From: Eukaryota sp. GEM-RC1
Lineage: Eukaryota
Assembly: GCA_040285855.1 (NCBI GenBank)
Contig: JAUFOQ010000016.1
Span: forward strand, 496,001 to 560,000
Length of the DNA: 64,000 bases
Direction: 5' to 3'
The notes beneath the pieces are model-generated. The model did not search any database. It was given only the letters and a program-made list of their open reading frames with translations, and was not told where the DNA came from. A program made the position numbers and the translations under genes. Below are positions 51,162 to 62,310 of the stretch, piece after piece; position 1 is the first letter of the stretch, and every line of letters begins with the position of its first letter.

Positions 51162-51745
51162 AGTTGTAAAATTGAACCTCTTCTGAAATGTTAATGTTAT
51201 AGTGACAATGACGTGTTTGATTCTCTCATGACCTAATTGCTCCTTTCCTGGATTCATCTCAAGTTGTGGTAGATTTTCCTAGTGTTGACCCGTTTGCAAA
51301 GACTACCAAGACTCCATTTTGAATGATTCAAATGGTCATCTTGAAAAGAATGAACAGCGAAAGTGTTCAAATTACTAGTATGCGGATGCTTTGAAAAAGC
51401 TTAATGAAATTTTATATAATTAAAATTTCAAGGAACAAACGAAAACTTTAGATAAGTTTTCTTTTGTTCCGTTTGCAATTTCAATTTTGAAATTACTGGT
51501 CCAACAGGTTTACAATTTGTTCAGGGATTTTAGTCTTTTATGCCGTTATAATAGCATGGTTTTTAATGGTTATGTATAGATTAATCCAATTATATTTGCC
51601 CTTTATAGAAACTTTCCCAAGTGTTTATGTTTCATTTATTCCAAGTTGGAGGGGATAATTCTCGTGTTGATTTGGAGAATTTAACTTCTTTTGTTTTCTG
51701 AATTACATTTACAGGTAATATGTATTAATTTATTGTTGCTAATAC
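51162..51745 (+). mobile_element. Degenerate second copy of the non-LTR retrotransposon 3' end
   Basis: Collinear with the reverse complement of ~15280-15815 (e.g. TGGATTCATCTCAAGTTGTGGT, ATGTATTAATTTATTGTTGC) but with many substitutions, indels and stops. Confidence 0.85.
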
Positions 51746-52181
51746 ATCATTAACTTTACTCTGAATTATTGTATTTGAGTGTTGGAGTAGTTTTGTTGTA
51801 TGGTTATTACTGTGCCCGAGAACAGAGTCTCAGACTCCCGAATTTTCAGATTGGCAATAAATTCAATTAGTTTTTCAGCAAAGCATTTCAATACATATGT
51901 AGATAGGTAATATGGACACAACAATTTTTGATACAATAACGGTGTTGTTTGATAACAAACCTGACAGTATGTGGCCAATTTTTTTGCATCACCGTACTAC
52001 TTGCGGTACATTTTTCGTGGAAGAGGTTAATGACTATTTCCAAACCTGGAAAATGATCCATGAGTCACATCATGTCTTGTAGTTTTGTTGGTATTGGTTT
52101 AAAAGTTTTTTCTTGACCCAGTTCAGCAGAGCCCTCTTACTCACTCACTCTTTCTATCATCACACTCTATCAGAAATCTTC

Positions 52182-53388
52182 ATGCCTCCTAGACCCAGTT
52201 TCCAGTCCCACACCAATCCATCTTTCAACCGAAGCTCTTTGGGAAATAGTTTGGGAACAACCAATACCACTGATACTTCTGTTAGTGCTCTATTTGAATC
52301 ATTCAGTACCAAAATGTCTTTTGACAACTCTCTTCACGAATTCTGTTATCGAATAGTGACTCACAAAGTCTTTTCCCTAACTCTCGTCTTCATTATTGTC
52401 CTCAACGTCATTTCAGTAGCTCTTCAGACCATTAGATCTTTTGCAATCGAACACAAAATCTCAATGTCCATTATGGATGCCTTGTTTTTAGCTATTTATT
52501 TTGTTGAGTTTGTTCTCAAGATCTACGCCTTAAAAAAGGGATATTGGGCTAACAACTACAACAAGTTTGACTTCTTTGTTCTTCTCATATCGTTTTTAAC
52601 GTTTTTCAATCCGCAACAACTATTTTCGATTCATATGGAGATTTAGGCGTTCTTCGTGTTGTACAAGCTTTACGTGCACTACGATCACTCAGAGCCATAT
52701 CAATCATTCCTGCCCTCCGTGTTCTCTTCACAGCACTCGTTAGAACCATAGCCTCTGTTGCAAACCTCGCCCTTCTACTCATGCTCATTCTTTATGTCTT
52801 TGGTATCATTGGTTTCTACCTCTACGGTACGGAAGGTGACCCTGAGCGATACGGAACCTTGGGAAGTGCTTTTCTTACATTAATGTGTTATGTTACTATA
52901 GATGAATGGACGGAGGTCAACTCCACGCTGGACGCCTATGCAACAAGTAGTAGATTCTATATCCTTGCGTTTGTTCTACTCGGTCATATTCTGTTTACCA
53001 ATCTGTTCATTGGTGTAGTTATCCAAAACCTCGATGTTGCCATAGAAGAACATCGTGCAAAACAGAATAAAAAGAAAGACAAACTGATTAGAAAGAAGAA
53101 GCTAATGATCTTGAAACGTCAGCATCAAGATTTATCTTCGTTATTAGATGATAAGAGCACATTGACTGAAAGTGAGATTAATGCAATGATTTCAAACCTA
53201 GTTGGAAAGCTTCGCCATGTAGATACTGTTCCGACGATGCATATTTGTTGTTCTCTCACTTGGATTGAGGGTTTTTGAAAATGATGGAAGTGTATGAAAA
53301 TGATCTCTATAGACTACAACAAGTTTATTTCGAGATTTCAGTCACTCTAGCTGAGATTCTTGAGCGAAAACTTGAAACCAAGCTGTAG
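52182..53388 (+). CDS. CATSPER3: Single-domain 6TM voltage-gated Ca2+ channel subunit, CatSper3-like
   Basis: S4 LRVVQALRALRSLRAISII, pore TIDEW, S6 FTNLFIGVVIQN, and a C-tail KLMILKRQHQDLSSL...LRHVD...SLTWIE...YRLQQVYFEISVTLAEILE that parallels CatSper3; two missing T's (~52602, ~53272). Confidence 0.75.
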
Positions 53389-53406
53389 TTATTGTCTTAG
53401 TTTTGG

Positions 53407-54108
53407 TCATGTTGGAAACTCAAAATTGACAACTCCCAATGACGCCTTCTCAAAGACAATCTTGACTGTTTCCTCCACCGTTCCGCTACCAAAGGTCAAC
53501 ACAAAGCTCTCAAGATCAGCACCTGCCGATCTGACCTCCCCTTGAACCTTTATCATTCTCTTTCCCGCTGCTACTGACAGAGATTCCCCTTCAGATCTAT
53601 CAATTACTATCAACAAACACCCTGCATCATTCTCATCCAACTTCCTTAATCGAGAAGTCACGTGATCAGCGGCGTCAATCCCCAAGGCTATAACTCTCGA
53701 GTAGTTGAATAAGGTGGAGGAAGATCCCCTACAGCAGTTTTCAAATGAATCAATTACTAATAGACCTGGTAGTTCGTGATCCTGTAGTAGGTGGATATTG
53801 TTGAGGTAGTCTGTAATGGTTTGTGAAGAAGTGTAGTATTTGAAGCCTATTTTCTTGAGAATGAAACGGTCAAAGTTGGGGGAAAGTTTAGGTGGGTTTG
53901 AAGAAAGATGAGTCTGTGGCATAAACCATACAGAAGAACAATTTCTTGCAGCACTATTGTAACAGTAGTTCAGAATCATAGATGTGGATGTTTTACCAGT
54001 AAGGAATAAATTATGAGTAGATAGAGCTTTATCAATGGATTCTAGGTAGACTGTTCGCAGTCTTTGGTCATGTTCAGAAGGACATAGAAGCCACAACGGA
54101 TAGAACAT
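53407..54108 (-). CDS. SWSAP1: SWSAP1-like RAD51 paralogue (Shu complex)
   Basis: LFLTGKTS..ILNYC...VWFM...LKKIGFKYY...YLNNIH...PGLLVIDSF...IALGIDAA follows the SWSAP1 motif order; the start codon is uncertain. Confidence 0.65.
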   Translation of the reverse strand: MFYPLWLLCPSEHDQRLRTVYLESIDKALSTHNLFLTGKTSTSMILNYCYNSAARNCSSVWFMPQTHLSSNPPKLSPNFDRFILKKIGFKYYTSSQTITDYLNNIHLLQDHELPGLLVIDSFENCCRGSSSTLFNYSRVIALGIDAADHVTSRLRKLDENDAGCLLIVIDRSEGESLSVAAGKRMIKVQGEVRSAGADLESFVLTFGSGTVEETVKIVFEKASLGVVNFEFPT

Positions 54109-54140
54109 GAAAAGATCATTTTGGAACATCCATCCCATTA

Positions 54141-57100
54141 ATGCAGGTTGTACCTCAATCACTTATACAACCTGTAAAGCCAGTGGTTGGACTACATGGC
54201 TGTCCAGACCACCATTCTTTTATTCGTTCGTCCTCTTCAAAAGCAGTTTGCATTTCCATAGACGACTCCTGGTCCTTCCCTTATCCTCCTGATCCTGTCC
54301 TTCCGGATGGTTCTACAAATGCCCCTAGTATTATTCATTACCAGTGGTTTGATCCATTTCTCCGCTCTGCTCCCTCCTGTATCGCTCTTCTCACCCCTCT
54401 ATCTCCCTCCACTGACACCTCTGATGTACTGGAACTCATCCAACGATTCAACTCTCTTCCCTTTTCAATTTCTCTGTGTATTGTCTTTGTCCTGGAACCT
54501 TTGTTAGGAGATCCGCTCAATTCCATTGAACTCTTTCAAGAAATCAAAAAGCCCTTTGAGAAGTACGTCTCCCGGAATTCCCTGTTTCTTTTGGATATAT
54601 CTACCACAGAAAGTGCACGATCTTTAGTTGATGAGATTTTGTCTCTATGTCGATCTTTCTATGCTGAGCAAGATACACAGAGTAAAACGAAATTAAAAAA
54701 ATCCGAACTTGTCAAAAAATCAGTATGTCGTTGTTGAAAATTTGATTAAACGTGCATATTTCTCCGAGATTCTTGTGGAAAAACGTGATTCTGAATTGAA
54801 GTTTTTTAAAGTTTTAGAAGCAATAGACAATTCTTCTGTTTCCAGTATTGAGTTTTTCTATGTTCGAACATGCATTGTTTTAAAAACAATTAGACAAAAG
54901 CTTATTTCGAAGGATTTTGTAGGATTTATTCAATTATTCCGTAACCACATTGACTTCATGAAAAAACAATTCGACGCCATCGTTAATGAAAATTTCAATT
55001 TATTTCAAAAATCAACTAGGTCCAATTCCAACGAAATTAAAAATCTTCTTGACCTCCGCTGCACCATCCTCCTATATCACTTACAGGCCTGTTTCTCTCT
55101 CATAATTGCTGAATGGATATCAGAATTCGTAGACCTTGCTGAGAACATGCAGATAGACGACCGTGTGTCAGGCCATAGGATCACCTATCACTTTTACCTA
55201 GGAGTCGCACTTGAGTTTAGGAAACTTTATGATCAAAAGGTTGAAGATTTTAGAACGGCGTTTAAAAGCTTTAGAGCGAGGTTTCCGGGTGATAATGATC
55301 TCATGATTGTTCAGCAATCATTTAGAAAGTTGATTGCACCGTATACGGAAAGTCATCGGTTTGTTGGTAATCATCTTGTTAATCAGTGTCTGGATTTGTT
55401 TGATGACTCTATTTTTGACCTTGATCAGAGATCACAACTTCCTGATTGTGTTGATTTGAGCTATAACGTGTTGTCTTCTTACAAGAGTTGGACGGCTTTT
55501 CAAACAGATACTCATTGTTATCCAATTTTTATGAATAATATTAATTTTCTGTTCGTTGAATCAGTGGTGAAGCAAAAGAATAAGAAAATTGATGATGCTG
55601 TTGGAATTATCACTGACCAGTTATTACCTTTTTATTTCGATATCAACAACAATTTGAAATTTTCTTCCACAGTTGCTAAAATTGCAACAGTTTCTCTCGA
55701 ATTCTTTCGAATTTATGGAAATACTAATTTCTCTCCATCATTTGATTGGAGTGTGGCAGTCAGAGTTCTTTTTGAGCTGTTTTCTGAGCATTTCTCCAAC
55801 TATCGAAAATCCAATTCGTTAACATTACCATATTTTGATGAATTATTAAATTTCTTCCATGACAAATCTCCAAATCTCTCAATTGAATTCACAAATCCTC
55901 TACTACTTCCTTTCTCTATAGAGTTTTCCTTTGCTTCAGTTTCATCTATTTATCCAAAGTATATTACGTTTTCTTCAAGTATTTCTCTAACTAATAATTT
56001 TCCAGTCCCAGTGAAATTTGATTATATTTGCTTCTCTTTTGTTGGAAATTCCAGTCAGTATGATGTTTACTTTAGTCAGGCTGATTGTCTAAGTCAATTC
56101 AATTCAGGTAATCAATTAGTTTTGATTGAGAAGCAGTTGCCATTTGACAGTAATAATCGTACTCTTTCCTTTTCTGGAAGTTTCCAACCTCAGGAACGTG
56201 ACAGTGGTTGTGAATTCAAGCTCAAATCAGTCATTATGACAATCAAAACATTCAAATTAGACGTTTCTTGTCTTTTGTCCAAATCTCAAAATCACATTTA
56301 TTATTGTTCGCCTCCAATTAAAGCTTCATTTGTAGTTGAACAAGTTTTCCCCTTGTTTGGGCAGAGTTTTGTAAATATTCCATCAGTTTTCAAAATTAAA
56401 TGTAGTTCGGATGGTGATTCTGTTTCTAAGAGTCGTTTGTATCTTGAAAATTTTAAAAATGTGTCGTTTTGGTTCACTGAGGATATCTCTGCTGTTGACT
56501 ATCACTACTTAATCAATCACAAAGCGAATCAGGCAAGTGATTATATTGATTGTTCTCTAAGAAGTCAAACCAATCAGCAATCAAAACCGACCGAAATCTA
56601 CTTAATTTTGTTATCTCCTACAGCTCAATCATCCGCAATTAATCTGGAATGGAGTTTCAAACCCACTCAAACACAATCATTTTTGATTGATTCATTAGAT
56701 ATCAATGTGAACTTTTTCTCTCCGCTTGAAGTCTCATCGAATTCGAAATTTCAAGGAGAATTAATTATTACCAATTCCTCCGTTAATCAATTCTTTTTGA
56801 CCTTGACTAATGACCAGGACATTACTATTGATCCGTTTATTCTTGAAAGACAACAGATTGTAAGTAGAAAGATTCTAACAGATTCAATTCATGTGGCATA
56901 TATGTTACAACCAAAAACACCAGAATTTGAGCGACTATTCAGTGAGCCTTGTATTATTCATCAAAAATTAAAATCAAATCTCACACAATCGCTCATTAAG
57001 GTTGATTTTGACTTTCCTAAAATTGTTGAGCTCTATTCAACCAATCAATTAAAGATCAATATAGAAAGTGATTTCGAAACTAACTGTCTAATCTCAATTT

Positions 57101-57315
57101 CCAATCGTGAGAATCAATTTCTTATTTCTGGGTTTACCACCATTTCAATGCTACTTCGCACAAACCAAAGTTGTACTTTAACTGTTAATTTTGTTCCTTT
57201 AGTATTGGGCCAAGTTAATTTCCCAAAGATCTCGTTCATTAAATCGAGATCAAATTCAAATGAAAAACTTACAAATTCTAGAGTTTGTTCAATGTTTTGT
57301 TGTCGCAAATTATGA
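54141..57315 (+). CDS. TRAPPC11: Trafficking protein particle complex subunit 11
   Basis: KPVVGLHG, IIHYQWF....APSCIALL, RSFYAEQ, KRAYFSE, QLFRNHI, C-terminal NFVPLVLGQVNFPKI; one extra A at ~54695. Confidence 0.75.
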
Positions 57316-58561
57316 GCACCCTGAATTTTCAAATTTTTGCATAGTTTCAAATTTATAGCTCCCCAATCGAATTTCTTCAATATCTTTAGAGCCTTGAGTG
57401 GCTTTAAGAGATCTAAATCTCCTCTTAAATGATAGAGTTTTCGATTCGGCTTCCCTTTTTGATTCCAAACATGGAATACGGATAGATACTGGCTTTTAAA
57501 CGTCATATCTGCTTGAACTGTATCAATAAAAGACAGTTGTTCTGTTGTTCTGGATAAATCTGTGATGGAATCATAACTTTCAGGATAATATTCATGAAAT
57601 AATATCAAAAACATGTGTAAATTTTCAACCTTTTCTATTAATCTAAACAAGTCATGCTTTAAATTGCCTCGTGGATGAGGTTCATAATCATTTGACAATT
57701 TAAAGGACCAATTTAAATTGAATTCGAAACTTCTTTTGGATACAATATCCTATATATACTCTTAAATAAGTTAGTATCACATTGAATTTCTGTAATTGGT
57801 GAAGACTTCAAAAATGAAGATAGATTGAGTAAATTAATAGCAAATCGAATATCTCCATTAGATTCAGTAATAATAGTTTCAATCAACTCAGAAGAATTGG
57901 GAAAGTTTACTGTAGATTGTTTTATGACTCTTTTTAAAATTTGTCTTAATTTGACTTCAGTTACTGGCAGAAACTGAAGAAAAAGAACTGATTTAATTTC
58001 AGAAAGAGCAGTAGTAATCCGCTGCTTCCAAAAAATCATCAATCAAACAATCAATTACGATGAATTTACAACTGGAGACTGACATAATTCTTAGAAACTC
58101 AAAAATGCTGAATCTTCCAGATATGGCAAGTTATCAATGACAGTAATCGCAGGAGGTCTCCTATCTCTAATCCAAGATAGGAAGCAGTGAGCAGTATCAG
58201 GAGTGCTATCGTGTCCCCACGTCACCACTGGACGAGGCAAGCGCTGAGAGAGGGCAATTCTAACAGCAGAGGTTTTCCCAGATCCAGGAGGGCCATAGAG
58301 GAAGAGAATTCATGAGGAATCAATGGATTTCTGAAGCTGTTTGAATTTTTGTGGAGAACAGCAGAGTTCAGACTGGATTTTAGGGGCAAACGTGTCAGTC
58401 CAGATGTTAGACTGGTGAAGTTTGAAGAAGAGAGATGAGGGATGTATCTGAGGTTTTCTGGGAAAATGTTGTTTATTCTGAGCGAGCGCCAATGCTTCCA
58501 TCTCATCAGGAGTGCGCTTCTTCATTAGACTCAGAATGAGGTTGAGATTGTCCTCATCCAT
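57114..58561 (-). CDS. RAD17: Checkpoint clamp loader RAD17/Rad24
   Basis: IWTDTFAPKIQSELCCSPQKFKQL, ILFLYGPPGSGKT, LQFLPV...L, SNGDIRFAINLL, LFKSIYRILYPKR, FHEYY; interrupted by an in-frame TGA (58310-58312) and 3 homopolymer indels; 3' end uncertain. Confidence 0.85.
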
Positions 58562-58912
58562 GGAAGTACAGTGTAGCGGTGCAGGGAGAATCTAAATTCA
58601 ATCTTGGAAAATGTCTCATATTTGTTAACAGTTTAGCTGGGAATCCCAACTTGGGATGTTTAACATCATATTTAAATGATTGTGTTACATTTATATTCTT
58701 TCGACTTTATTATGTTTTTCTTCTTCTGTTTCCAAAAACTGGTTTTGAAACTAAAAGGTATAAACCCGTTGACTGAAACAACCATGTATTATTGATATAC
58801 TTTGGAAGGAGATGCGTTAGTGGAAGACTATACTGACGCAGAACAACATGATGATTGTTATCTAATCTGTCCAGAAATTCAATCCAGAATTCTCTCAATG
58901 CAATAGGTTGAG

Positions 58913-60228
58913 ATGTCTCACAGTCACAAAAAATCTTTGTCAACGCCAGACCGTACTTCTCCTCTCTCTGATACGTCTCAATCTTTCTATGAAGCCAAGC
59001 TGGCCTCCTTTCAGGAGTTACTTTCCCAAGTTCAAGTAGAATATGAATCCCTTCTTAAGGAAAACATCCTTCTCAAGAAGAAGATTAGTCATAGCAGCTC
59101 GTCTACTGACCATCTTGCCCCTCAATATCAAGATTCTGTACTAGAAATCCCTTCTCCAACTGCCTCATCAGCTTTTGCTTCCACCTCAGTCTCTGATTCT
59201 TCATACACTACTTCGAAATGGAGAGCAATATCTTCCAAACTTTTCGTTCGTAATCCTTCTTCTACAGCTTCCTTCTACACTCCATCCACTCACTATCAAG
59301 GTCACTGCGATGGCATCCAACACACAGCAGTTTCCTATCCCTCCTTCTCCTCCACTCCTTATCTCGCTGTTTCCTCTCTTGATACTACTGTAACTATCTG
59401 GGATACAACCTCAAACACCCCAGCTGTTGCCATCATTGACCACCATACTGGTGCTGTTAACTCAGTCGTCTTCCACGACCTTTCCCCTCTCCTACTCACT
59501 GCTTCTGGGGACTGCACTGTCTGTCTATGGCCCCTCTCCTCCCACGAACTCGAGCAAAGAAACGACACCCTTAGAATCACTGATCCCTTCCTCACTCTAA
59601 CTCTCCCCTCAGTTGCCTATTCCTCTGTCTTCTTGTTCTCTGATGTTGTGGCTTCCTCCTGTTGGAATGGTAGCATCTACGTACACACTGTTTCCTCTAC
59701 ATCCTCTCCCAGAACTCTCTCTGGTCATACTGCGGAAGTTCTCAAGCTTTCTTGTTTCTCATTTGATAATTCTACTTGTTTGCTTTCTGCTTCCAATGGA
59801 TAAAACAGCTAGAGTTTGGGATGTACGTGATTCTAGTCCTTCTACGACAGTGTTTCATCATTCAAGTGGGGTTGTTTCAGCTAAAACGTGTGCTGTGGAC
59901 CCTTTTAAAATATTGACGAGTTCTCTGGATAAAAATTTAAATATTTGGGATATTCGACAACCAAATTCAGTGGTAAAATCCATTAATTGTGAAGGATCGG
60001 TTGGAGACTTTGGAGTCTCTTCAACGTCTCAAATACTTGCAGTTCCGTTTGAAGTGTCAAAAATACGATTATACGATCTATCTACAGGAAAAAAGATGAG
60101 TAGTTGCAAGTTTGACGAGGATTATGGCCATTTCCAGTTCATCAGCTCAATCGTATTTGGATGGAAGGAAACTTGCCTGTTTTCAGGGGGGTATGGATGG
60201 ACGTGTGATTAAGTGGGAGGAGAGGTAA
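58913..60228 (+). CDS. WDR37: WD-repeat protein 37
   Basis: ELLSQVQVEYESLLKENILLKKKI (WDR37 N-terminal coil), YQGHCDGI, HTGAVNSVVFH..LLLTASGDCTVCLW; extra bases at ~59795 and ~60186. Confidence 0.75.
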
Positions 60229-60550
60229 TTGAAGTAATTGGTATTCAATCAATTGTAAATAGTTTATTATGTTGTATATCAGTGTTTGAATTTATTGTTT
60301 GGTTTGTAACTCGAAACCGTTATCTTCATTGTTGTTGGCTTCGTCGGGTGTCAATTTTGTCAAGTTTCTGTCAATTTGAAGGGAATCTTGGATATATGTG
60401 ACTGTTTCATATTGCTTGGTGTTTGAATTGACATCTATATCTGCTGAAGTTGTTCTATGTTCAATATGTCATTTGTGTTTCGCCCTTTTTGTTATGTACA
60501 TATTAATCACGATAAATCAAAATGAATTGTTTAAAATACGAATTACATTA

Positions 60551-61843
60551 TCACTTTCCCAGTAGTCTTCGCTGTAACTTTTTCCTAATCGCAGTTTGTA
60601 TTACCACAGTGGCAGAATCGATAGTCCTTGGGGTTTTGACTTGATGGCCGACACTTTGTCTAAGCCAAAGCTCTTTATCAATACAACTCGTGTCTTTCTT
60701 CACGGTTCTGAACACAAGTTCATCCATTTCAGAGAGACCAAGTAGATCCAACAAACCAGCTGTAGGTTTAGATTCTCTAGTTATTGTTCGTGAATTCCAC
60801 TTCCATTTCCTGATCAAATCTGCTTCCGCTTGTTTAATCATTTGGGTAGTTCGGGCTTTGTGGATCTTTGTATTTTGTTCAAGCTCGTTTTGTTTCTTTT
60901 CCAGGAGTAGTTTACACATTCTACAATCACATATTGGCAATATTTCTTTTCTATTTTCATCTACAGTTGTTCTATGAGACAAACTTCGGTGGGTGGGTGG
61001 TTGTCTCTCACACTCAAGTGGTGGTGAATTCTCTGACTGTTGAAAAGTATTAACTGTCGGAACCTTTACATTGAGCTCTTTCTTTTCAGTTGATTCACAT
61101 GATGTTGTTGACGATGATGCGGACAATGAATCTGGTGGTTCAGTACCTTCAAAGTTAATTCCTTTTTTCAAACAATATTGTCCAAGGTAGTAATGTAATT
61201 TTGCCTTTTGTGCCTTATAAAACATCATATTAATTTTCGATGAACATCTTACTTCCGCCATTGTTGGTCCAATTCTATCCTCCAGGTGGATCTTCTGTTT
61301 AAACTTGAAACATGCGAGAATTACTAAACGTCTTACACGTTTTTGTTTAAGCCGAGAAAACACGATTTCTAGAATGTTGAGCCACTTCAAATATGCAACG
61401 TTTCTGTTAACAGATACTGAAGCATTGTTTTTGTTTTGACGGTTTATGACTTGACATTTTGTTAGTACATATGAATGACGTTTCATTATTGACATGTTGA
61501 GTGCTTTTTTGGATCTAGAATTGGAAACTTCAAGCGCTTTGGAGTAACACTCCTGGAACAAGTGCTTTTGTTTTGGTGTAAACTTCCAAACAGGATTTGC
61601 CTGCGCAAGAGATGTGTACTGTTGAAGTGACTTGTTGTACTTTGAAAGAGGAGATATAGTGATGTATTTCGTGGAGATTGTATGACATAGGTCTTCATCT
61701 AAGGAGTCATCCAAAGCCATGTGATCATCAAGATCTTCTATATCGGTAACAGTGTCGCTTGAGATTAAAGGTGTGGGTTTGGATCTGTGGTAAAAGGAAG
61801 GCTCCACGGTCAGTTCACAACGAGAAAGAACAGGGGAATCCAT
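60551..61843 (-). CDS. Hypothetical basic protein with a C-terminal IQ-like motif
   Basis: Long ORF, first ATG at 61843; ends SATVVIQTAIRKKLQRR. Confidence 0.65.
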   Translation of the reverse strand: MDSPVLSRCELTVEPSFYHRSKPTPLISSDTVTDIEDLDDHMALDDSLDEDLCHTISTKYITISPLSKYNKSLQQYTSLAQANPVWKFTPKQKHLFQECYSKALEVSNSRSKKALNMSIMKRHSYVLTKCQVINRQNKNNASVSVNRNVAYLKWLNILEIVFSRLKQKRVRRLVILACFKFKQKIHLEDRIGPTMAEVRCSSKINMMFYKAQKAKLHYYLGQYCLKKGINFEGTEPPDSLSASSSTTSCESTEKKELNVKVPTVNTFQQSENSPPLECERQPPTHRSLSHRTTVDENRKEILPICDCRMCKLLLEKKQNELEQNTKIHKARTTQMIKQAEADLIRKWKWNSRTITRESKPTAGLLDLLGLSEMDELVFRTVKKDTSCIDKELWLRQSVGHQVKTPRTIDSATVVIQTAIRKKLQRRLLGK

Positions 61844-61975
61844 TAAGGTTGCGAAGTTTTGATGAAGAGAAGATACTCGTGGCAAATCAAAATAGAACAA
61901 GAGGAGTGAGGGATTTATACAAGAAAACAGACTAGAGACTAAGATATATACAAGGATGGGGATATGACCACAACA

Positions 61976-62191
61976 CTACTTCAGATCATCGAAATTGCAG
62001 AGATTCAGACTAGATATGGACGATACATCATTGGTATTTGGGAAAAGGAGACAGTTTATGGGCGTAGACAGATCAACAGGCACCCGATGACGTATTGCTC
62101 TTGGCGCCGGTGGACATTTTGGAGACCCAAGAGGGACATTGGGAGGTGTGATAAGCGCACGGTGAGGTGATTCAGCACAAATATCAGGCAT
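61976..62191 (-). CDS. 71-aa Pro-rich small protein with TP and CPPAPR motifs
   Basis: ATG-initiated, more GC-rich than its flanks; ITPPNVPLGSPKCPPAPRAIRHR. Confidence 0.4.
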   Translation of the reverse strand: MPDICAESPHRALITPPNVPLGSPKCPPAPRAIRHRVPVDLSTPINCLLFPNTNDVSSISSLNLCNFDDLK

Positions 62192-62237
62192 AGAGGAAAG
62201 GAGTATAGCAATTGATGATTGAAAAAAACTATAAAAG

Positions 62238-62261
62238 TGGAGGAGCAGGGTTTTGATCCCC

Positions 62262-62305
<44 letters not shown>

Positions 62306-62310
62306 CCCCC
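62238..62310 (-). tRNA. tRNA-Ala(AGC)
   Basis: GGGGGTGTAGCTCAATTGGTAGAGCGCGCGCTT-AGC-ATGCGCGAGGTACGGGGATCAAAACCCTGCTCCTCCA; cloverleaf, G3:U70 pair, followed by T-runs (Pol III terminator). Confidence 0.97.
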
